A stretch of 64,000 nt of DNA from Azolla caroliniana (taxonomy: Eukaryota; Plantae; Polypodiophyta), in contig JBHGNT010000021.1 of assembly GCA_043228905.1 (NCBI GenBank), forward strand, positions 10,974,001-11,038,000, given 5' to 3'. Below the pieces are notes generated by a model. The model was given only the letters and a program-made list of their open reading frames with translations. It did no database searches and had not been told where the DNA came from. Within the stretch, counting starts at the first letter, position 1. Each line of letters starts with the position of its first letter. The position numbers and the translations under genes are program-made. Below are positions 51,931-61,083 of this stretch, piece by piece.

Positions 51931-53769
51931 GCGGTTTACGCACCGCTACGACTTCTCGTTGCGTGCCGGTCTGCACACCGGTTTACGCACCGGTCCGGCC
52001 TAACCGATCGATCTGGTTCTCTGCTTTCACAATTGATCTGACCAATCTTGAGCTTGTATTTCAACACTCCCCCTCAAGCTCAACTTTAGGTTCCATTTGC
52101 TCTTTCGGATCTACGCTCTGGTTCCTTCTGGCTTCACGCCTTGCTCGTGCTCCTCGACTTGTTCGATTCCGCTTGCTTCAACCCTTCCGGTCGACTTGTC
52201 TGCTCACACGACCCTTCTCAGCTTCCTTGCTATTGCGGTGTTGGCGCCTCTTCTGCTGCCTTCTCTTCCACTTGGCCCTTGGTTGATTCAGCGTATCTGA
52301 ATCAAATATCCGAATCGACCCGACTTCCTCCGATCGGTTTTTGCTCTCATCCGAGTTGGCTGTCTCGAACTCATCTTCGGTCTTCCCACCCTTGATGGCT
52401 TCGTCTCCCCCACACTTGGTGTTGTTGGGGTGGGGGGTGCAGCCTAGAATGGTTTCACCCCCCTCCCAAGGGGGGTTACGTGTGAGGGAAAGAGAGAAGT
52501 AAAGAAAATAAAGAATGATACCAAATGAGAGAGGGGAAAAATGTATCTCCATTACTTGCCCCATAAGGGGTTTATATAGTACATAATGTAATAGTAAATA
52601 ATGACTGTTACAAAAGAGACAACCGTTACACTCTTGTCACATGCATATAATTGTGCATGTGCTCACACATACTCATCCTCACACCTATATACATTACACA
52701 TACTGAACAACCCCTTTAACGTGTTTTACCCTTATACCGCCCCATACAACTCTTACGGGTAGGGTAACACATGGCATGCCTGTGGGACAGTGCATCGCAC
52801 GGTGAACCCACTCGCCATGGAAACTATTAATGACCGGAACCCCATCGGTCGTCTCAATGGTCGGGAATCCATCGACCGGATCATAGCTCTACAATTGATA
52901 ATTTCGATCAGAGCTTTGCTTGACTTGAACCTTCTCATTCGGTCAGCATGTCGCTCAATTGGATCACACACCAATTGGCTCATCCATTGCGGTCTGGGTC
53001 TTTTCATGGTTCTGTTACATGTATGTGTATTTTCGGTTTCGTCATGTGAATTGAGCTTTGTATATTTTTACCCTTGGTCTCTAAAAATACTTTACCCTCA
53101 AAATTTTTGATTTTGTTTTATGCCCTTGAGTTCTCGAAATTTCTTCTTCTACCCTCGAGCTTCTAAAATTCCGTACTCCTTGCGCTTTTGAAATTTTGTC
53201 TTCTCTGCCCTTATGTTTCTGAAATTTCTCTTCATACCCCTCTTCTCTCTCTTCGTTTCCTTCTGTCTCCCATTTTTCTTCTTTCTTTTCTTCTTGTGCT
53301 GTGATCTTCTCTTCTTTTGCTTCTTCTTCCTCCTCTTCGTTTCTTCCCATCTTCTTGTTGTTTGTCTTTGCTTACTTCCTTCCTTCCATTCTTTCTGTTT
53401 TTTCGTTGTCCTCCTCTCATTTCTTCCTTTTCTGTCTCGTCTTGGTGCCATCTCTATCCATCATCCGTCTCTCTTTGCCGGCTATCGGCTGGCTATCTGT
53501 CTAGCTCTGTCCGTTGGCTGCCGGCTGTCCTAACGGTTGGCGGACATCGGCTCAGCCGCAGTTATTCGGCCGCCAACTTTGTTCAGGGCTCTCTCTGTTC
53601 GACTGCCTACTATCTGTGGCCGTGGTCTGTCTCTCGGCCGACTTCCTATCTGGCCGCCTCTGCGTCGGCTGTTGCCATTCTTCGGTCATCGTCGGTGGCG
53701 GCTGTCGGCCGATGTCTTTGTTCGCCGTCGCTGTCACTGTTAGCTTCTTCGCCGTTTGCCGGTCGTTTC

Positions 53770-54584
53770 TGTTCGGTTTTGCTCTTGTCTCTAAGGGCAT
53801 TTAGCATTTATGTTTTGATTGAGCTTGTGGTTGACTAGAAGTTGCCATTGTAATCAAACCCTATTTTATAAAGGGTCCTCTAGCATTGGAATCGAACACG
53901 TATTTATTTCTTTGGCCGATATCATTCGTGTTTCTTTCTTCTTTCTTCTTTCTTTGTCCGTGTCTTCCTTGTACGTTCGGCCGTCTTGTGATGAGGGAGC
54001 GTTTTGGGCATGCCCATGCACCTCTCCTCCTCATAAAGACGTACGGGCATTCCAGTTTGTGTTATCGTCCCCTTGTGCGTTCATCTTGCGTGCTCATCTT
54101 TATTGTACCCATTTGATCACTTGGCTGGTGCGGTGATCTCGAAAGGTCGACAAGTCGTGATCAACAAAAGGCACCAACCTCAGAAAACAAAGGGGAACGA
54201 GCCCTTGCTTGGAGAGGGTTCTTAGAGTGGGTTCGTAGGGAGGATTTGTAGAGTGAGGATTCGTAGAGTGAGGATTCGTAGAGAGGATTTGTAGAGTGAG
54301 AGTTCGTAGAGAGGATTCGTAGAGAGGGTTCGTAGACAGGATTTGTAGACAGGATTCGTAGAGTGAGGATTCGTAGTGAGGATTTCGTAGAGTGAGGATT
54401 CTTAGAGTGAGGATTCATAGAGAGGATTCATAGAGTGAGGATTCATAGAGTGGATTCGAAGAGTGCTTTATATTTATAAGATTTAAAATAAATAAATAAA
54501 TAAATATTTATCCCTTGAGTACTCCCTAGTCTAAGACCCCCGTGGTCCCGCCCAAGTAACACACGCACGCGAAACTTCGTGACA
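53770..54584 (+). repeat. Second family D LTR copy (3' portion; left boundary unresolved)
   Basis: Colinear with 30908-31036 plus 43592-44424; ends TTCGTGACA. Confidence 0.8.
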
Positions 54585-55793
54585 CTGAGTTAAGAGGTTC
54601 GGAGTTTTCGATTGGTTCTGTAGGTCGGTCGCCCCCATGTCGTGTCAAGAGTCTTGTTAGGTGACCCGCCCCCATGTTGGGATTTCGGTGATGTCATGTT
54701 GTTCTCCCCTATGGACTTTGTCGACTCGGTTTTGTTACCTACTCGCATGTTGTTGACTTTGCCTGCTTCGACTCTTGTCAAATCGGCTTTGTCGTCAATG
54801 GATTTTTCTTCGAGTTTGACTAGTGGACTTCCTACCGATTAAGAGTCGACAGGTATGTTGTCGGCTTGTTCGAGTTCGACAGTTTATCGAATCTCTAAGT
54901 TGGCCTAGTGGGTTGGTCCTTCTACGACGTCTTTGTTGTCTTGGAAGGATACCTTTTTACCAACTATTTTCAGGTGGTTCCGTTGAGAGAAAATAGAGTT
55001 TTCATTGAAGAAGGCATTGCTGTTTCGGATCAGTTTCTGGTTCTCGGGGTCCCATAGCCTGTAGCTGAATTCCCCATCGGTTCCATAACCGAGAAATATG
55101 CATTTCGTTGCATGGGGTGCCAATTTTGTCCTTTTATCCCTGTGGATGAACTCGTAGGCTTCGCATCCAAATATACGGAGCCTATCGTAGGCCGGTTGTT
55201 TGCCAGACCATAGTGCCTAGGGCACTTCGGGCCTGATTGCTCTTGATAGTGCCAAATTTAGCAGGTATACTGTCGTCTGCAATGCTTCTCCCCAGAATTC
55301 CAGCTTCAGTTCGGCTTGTTGAAACATTGCCGTCACCCTCTCCTGGATCGTTTTGTTGATCGTTCTGCCACTCCATTTTCCGTGGGTGTGTAGGGAACAA
55401 CATTTTGACGTTGGATCCCATTGTTGGACAGGTACTATTTAAAGGCTCTAGAGATGTACTGACCTCCATTGTCGGATCTGAGTTTCTTTACTCTGTGTCC
55501 CGACCGGTTCTCCACTTCAGATATCCACCGAGTGAAGACCTCGAGTGCTTCGTCTTTGGATCTGATCGAGTAGGTCCATACCTTCCGTGTACAGTCATCT
55601 ACAAAGGTGATGAAGTACTAGGAGCCTCCTAGTGATCTCTCTAGCATGGGCCCACATATATCTGTGTGCATGAGCTCTAGGGCTGACATACCGTCTCATA
55701 GTGGAGAGTGTGTGGACTTCGGGTTTGTTTCCCGTATCGACATTGCTCGCAAAAGTCCGTCTTCGCTTGGAGTTTTGAGATGTAGCCTACCGT
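54585..55793 (-). mobile_element. Ty1/copia integrase fragment, probably the continuation of C3
   Basis: DFCEQCRYGK, LMHTDICGPM, YFITFVDD, KCIFLGYG; ends in linker sequence that joins in frame to about 30289. Confidence 0.8.
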
Positions 55794-56598
55794 TGTCGTG
55801 ACATTTCCATCCCGCGATGAGAAAATAACCTCTACCAATTTATAGGAGCTTATTCAAATGTTTGTAAAAGGTTATAATATAAAGTGCGAGGCCTCGATGA
55901 ATAAGAGTGTGTGACGGTTTAGGTGTCGTGAAGGATTTGCTTCACGATAGAAAAATAAACTAAAATATTGTATTGAGTAACATTCAAGAGACTTGAACCC
56001 ACGACCTCACATACCAAACACAAGGCAGAAACCATTAGGCTAGGTCATTTGTTCTTTTAAAGTTACATTTTAATGTTTGTACTTATGCCATGTATATTTT
56101 CATACATGAAAGCTCAAATGCGTGGGATGTCTATCATGCATCACATGTAATGCATTAACGCCAAATGGCAATCATGCATCACATGCATTTCATGCACTAC
56201 ATGCATGTCTTGTACCCTCACATGCATCACATGCATGGGGGCACCTATTTAAAGAGGGAAAGGGAAATGAGTGAAGGGGAGAACATGAGATGAGGAATAT
56301 TATTGTAATAGGAGGGACAAGCTATATTATTTTACAAGAAATATTTTGTAATCATCGTCAAATATCAATACAAGTTATTTCCGTTTCTCCTCTTTCTTTG
56401 ACAAGAAGCCCGGTGCTTTCTTCCCGGATACAAGATTTTCTTTTTGTTTGCTCTCTTACGCCGAGATCGACGTGACATTGGTGAACCCGACGTGAAACGG
56501 GAAGTTAAGAGAGATGGAGAACCAACAAGCAGTCTCGGAGCCATGAATCAACCAAGAAGTCATTGTGGAGCCACAAATTAATATGGTGCTTCAAATGA

Positions 56599-57223
56599 TT
56601 GAAAGAATGATTCAAAGCCAAGAACGTGTAACTGCTCTTCAACGAATCGATCATGCTATTGACAAGCTTGTAGAGAAAATAGGTCTCTTTGAAGGTAAAA
56701 ATATAACTAAATTCTTACAAGTATATGTTACTGAGATGGGTAGTAAAGGATTAAATCAACATGATGTTCAAATGAATTTTGTGAGGATGGTTGAACTCCC
56801 TTTGAAAGAATGATGCAAAGCCAAGAACGTGCAACTACTCTTCAACGACTCGATCATGCTATTGACAAGCTTGTAGAGAAAATAGGTCTCTTTGAAGGTA
56901 AAAATATAACTAAATTCTTACAAGTATATGTTACTGAGATGGGTAGTAAAGGATTAAATCAACATGATGTTCAAATGAATTTTGTGAGGATGGTTGAACT
57001 CCATTTGAAAGAATGATGCAAAGAATGATGCAAAGCCAAGAATGTGCAACTGCTCTTCAACGAATCAATCATGCTATTGACAAACTTGTAGAGATAATAG
57101 GTCTCTTTGAAGGTAAAAATATAACTAAATTCTTACAAGTATATGTTATTGAGATGGGTAGTAATGGATTAAATCAACATGATTTTCAAATGAATTTTGT
57201 GAGGATGGTTGAACTCCCTTTGA
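56599..57223 (+). repeat. Three tandem copies of a 203-bp segment of E gag
   Basis: Peptide SQER.TALQR.DHAIDKLVE.IGLFEGKNITKFLQVYV appears in three successive ORFs. Confidence 0.92.
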
Positions 57224-57889
57224 GAAATAGGGTCTTTGAACTTGGAACAAGTTCTAATGATTGGGTTGCATTTGAGCAAGCTTTATTAAATGAATACATG
57301 CTTGGTGATACAATCCGAGCATCAAGGAAGAGTTTCTTGGATTGGGTGGACAAAGAGGACAAGAAGATTTCGATGATGGAGTTGTTGAAAGAGTTTGAAG
57401 CTCGTTATAATCAATTAACGACAACTGAAAGGACTTTTTTGGAACAAGAGAATGTCATATTATTCTTGAAGGCATCATACCGATCCTATCGAGAAAAATT
57501 AGTTGCATTCCTTGAAGACTGGACTACACCCACTAGACTAGTGTCTGATTGGAATCAAGTACATGAAGCTTGCAACAGAATCAACAAAAGAGCCCAATGG
57601 TGTGAGGATCTTTCGATTGCCGGAGGTATGAAAGATGAAGTGAAGACAACCATCAGGGAGGATACTGGGAGTCTATCAACTATTTCCAAGGTACCCAAAA
57701 CAGTGACGGACGATCTTATCAAAAGTATAAAAGATCGTTCATTACATGTTGCAAAGCTACAAGAAGAAAATTCCTCACAACCCCAAAAAGATTATAAAAG
57801 AAGATGCATATGCTGTGATAGCGTCGACCATTCAAGAGGAGGGTGTGATAACTATCAAGAAGCGATAGAAAGAGGGTTGATATTTGATG

Positions 57890-60055
57890 AAGAGAGAGAG
57901 AGAGAGAGAGAGAGAAAAGATAGAGAAGAGAAGAGGAAGAGAAAAGAATACTTCAATATACTAATAAGAAAAGAATACAATACTCTTATACTCCAAGAGT
58001 TACAACCCTTGAAGGGGGGATCTACTCGATCGACAACCATTCGCCGGAGCAGCTGACGAGTTATTTTGGGGAATACTCCCTGGGCAGCAAGGCATACCGA
58101 ATGCAAGGCGGTGAAGATCTCTTGTTTCGGGAAATTGCTCGGGTACTCCATGAGTATGGCCATGTGTACCCCCGACCACCAACGATGCCTAGGAATAGAG
58201 CCGGTCTGATCATAGCCACCTACGAGGGAGTATAAGTGGATTGGCCGGTAATGATTGTCGATGGCCTGAGTGTTGCCATCGTCTCGATAAATGATGGCAA
58301 AAAGATAGTGGCGCAATGACTCACTTTGATAGCAGCAGCGGTGGAGCCCACGAAACAAAGAAAGCGGGGAAGACCGACCGAATCGACCCCCAAAACAGCT
58401 TCAAAACGACAACAACTCTTGGCTACCCAAGCGAAGGAACGGCCTAATCGGAAGCGGCTGGCTGAGAAGGAGGCATCGGTGGACACCTCAGGGAGACCGT
58501 TGAAAATCAAATTGCGCCTATCAGAACAACAAGCAAAGCAACAACTAGAGAAAACGCAGGGGCAGGACCCCTTGGCGGCGGTAATCAACAACAAGACCCT
58601 GGACGAAGAACAACAGGAAGACAAGCCAACTGACACACTGCTACGGCGTCGCCAGACAAGAGGAAAGGTCCACGAAGGACGGACATAAAGGCTAACGGAG
58701 GACAATATACGGGAACCCCCCCCCCCCGGAGGAGCCGCAACCGAGGAAGGCGGTAGAACAGGCTCAACAAGACTTGGGGACGGATCAAGGGCTACGGCAA
58801 GACATTGCGGAACCATCAGTCCAGGACACGACAATACCAATGAATCAAATGGCAGTACCGGTGAATCAAGAACCGGTCATTGAATTGTCGGCATCACCGC
58901 CGCAACAACAACAACTAGAACGGGAGCGGTTGTGTGACGTAACCATCATTAGTAGGCTCGTCACCGGTGGAAACGTCATCCCACCACCAGAACCGGCATG
59001 ACCACAAGGCACCAGCACTCAATGGCTCTGTTGGGTGGCAGAACAAGTGACTGGTGTTGCCGGCCAGTTAGAAGCAAAAGAGAAAGCGTTGGAAGCCTAG
59101 TTGCTAGCCACAACCGAGGAATTAGAGATGGCCCGGTCAAGAATTCGGAGCGTGGAAGAAGACATAGAGAAGGCCATAACAACCATGGCCAAGTTGGTCA
59201 TAGAAGTACCACAATAATCAAAACCGGTGGCCCTGGTAACTCAACAGAACGATGTTGTGAAGATTTTTGGCGATATTGTGAAACTTGTAAAGAACATACG
59301 AAATCGAGCATGGTTCTTGTCACGAAATATAAAACAATAATAGTAAAGATACTATTTTAAATAAGTTTAATATATTGGTACACAAAGATGGAGGTCTTCA
59401 AGAGCTTATGAATGTACTTTACTACGTAGGAAACGGACATCTAAATGTCAAGTTATGTGGGTATAAAGTTTGCAAAGAAGAAGAGAAAAATATGTGATAT
59501 CCCACATAAACAGGACAAATAAGGAACCCACCATATATAAGGCAGAGCAAAAACTATTATCTTTGTGTCTATGTGTGGAGCATAGGAAGGTTAAGTTGTA
59601 TGATTTAACAAATGGATGTAACCAAATGCATATAACTATGTGTTTTGGACGTGTCCAACGACAGCGACCGACGACAGTGATCGACGGGATCCGGCATCCA
59701 ACATCACCCGACGACCACGACCGATGAAGCCGACAAGATGACGACCGGACGAAGAAATGTCTTGTAAAAAATACATTAATAATAGAAAACATATATATTA
59801 TATATATATATATATGTATATTCAAAAGCAATGCAAGTGAAGACTTGATCCTTCCACCTCCACATTGAGAGTCTATAGACTTACCATTAGGCTATGTCAT
59901 TTCTTTAGAAATATTCTCCCTATCATTATAGTTTTACATGTAAATTCTCATATTAGAGCTTAATTGAGTGAGATGTGATGCATGAGCGCCAAATGGCAAA
60001 CATGCATCACATGCATTCCATTGTGCTTTATTCTTATAGATCTTAGTATTTGCCA
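57890..60055. other. Unidentified inserted or chimeric sequence replacing E gag C-terminus and protease active site
   Basis: (AG)n at the left junction, degenerate Q/K/R-rich ORF fragments, and an AT-rich LTR-like segment resembling the E U3 at about 59830-60030. Confidence 0.5.
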
Positions 60056-61083
60056 TCACGGATGGAAGATTCGTGTGGCAACAAAGACTACGGAGGACTT
60101 GTACGGAGCTTGTCCCAATGTTAAAGTCACGATCGGGGATGTGGAGATGGATCAACACTTCTTCGTGCAAGAATTGGTGTCGCATCCTGTCATCCTAGGA
60201 CAACCGTATATCACATCATCTCGGATGGAAACCAAAGTGTTCGACAATGGTGCGGCATTTGCTCGAATAAAGAGTCTTGACAACCAAAGATCTGTTCAAT
60301 TCCTAATTATACGAGATAATCATGAAAGAAATCGAGATAGTCTTGGAGGCGAATCCTTGGATTTTTAGAACGGACTATTGGAGCATGGCGCACAAATAGT
60401 TCGAGCAATCACAAGTCCCCACAAGAAAATAGAGCATGTGGATTGCGAGGAGAAGCAACATGTGTCACACCTAGTGGCGCATATAAACTAGTACTACTCG
60501 AAAAGAAGGACAAGCGTCGGATACAAGATTTCGAGAAGGTGCTAAAAGAAGAAAACATAATAGAAGAAGAAGAGTTCGTGACTCATATTATGGAAGAAGC
60601 CTCATTTAACGACACCATCGGTGAAATCGAGGACGTCGTGGACTTCAGCTATCTTCACGTCCAATGCGTGATTTCGGTTAACTCCGTCAACATGTACGCT
60701 ATCATTGATGTATACTATCGTGGCATCTTGATGGAAGAAGTTGAAGTCAACACAAAATATATAATGGTGGATAAGAAGATCAAGCCAGTTGTGGTTCCGC
60801 TACCGGAAGATAGCTGGCAAAAGATGAAGGAAGTTGCTAACGATCCAAGCTTAAGAGATCCGAAGACGATAGGTCATATCTTCACCGAAGAGACGAAGGG
60901 AAAGTTATGAGTTGGAAGGGAGGATTTCCTCCTCCCTGAAGAAGAGCGAATGTTTCGCGACATGCTTGAGAGACATGGGAAAGCTTTTGCATTTTTCCCA
61001 CAAGAAATCGGTGTTACCGTACGAGATGTACGGGTGATTGATAAATGTGATAAGTGAGGGTGAAAGATGTAATGTGTTGATAT

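Larger units (their letters stand above)
44494..52066 (-). repeat. 3' LTR of a C1-family copia (44494-44723 plus 51931-52066), split by gypsy B; PPT at 52067-52075
   Basis: Homologous to 8825-9249; GAGGGGGAG precedes TGTTGAAATAC on minus; coding body absent. Confidence 0.8.
55794..61011 (+). mobile_element. Ty3/gypsy tRNA-Trp-primed family E (5' part, rearranged)
   Basis: LTR 55794-56477 (TGTCG...TGACA), PBS TGGTGAACCCGACGTGA at 56479, gag 56514-57890, protease C-terminus 60056-60368, GGATTTT-TAG at 60359, -1-frame linker to about 61011. Confidence 0.88.

Noticed and set aside
52420-52750. Possible solo LTR (TGTTGGGG...CCCCATACA)
   Set aside because: No matching TSD and no second copy in the window to support the boundaries.
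53081-53838. K/E/R-rich and F/L-rich ORFs, possible env-like transmembrane protein
   Set aside because: They arise from a low-complexity polypyrimidine tract, with no recognisable motifs.
55989-56042. Functional tRNA gene
   Set aside because: A and B boxes are present but I could not build acceptor or anticodon stems; kept only as a tRNA-like module.
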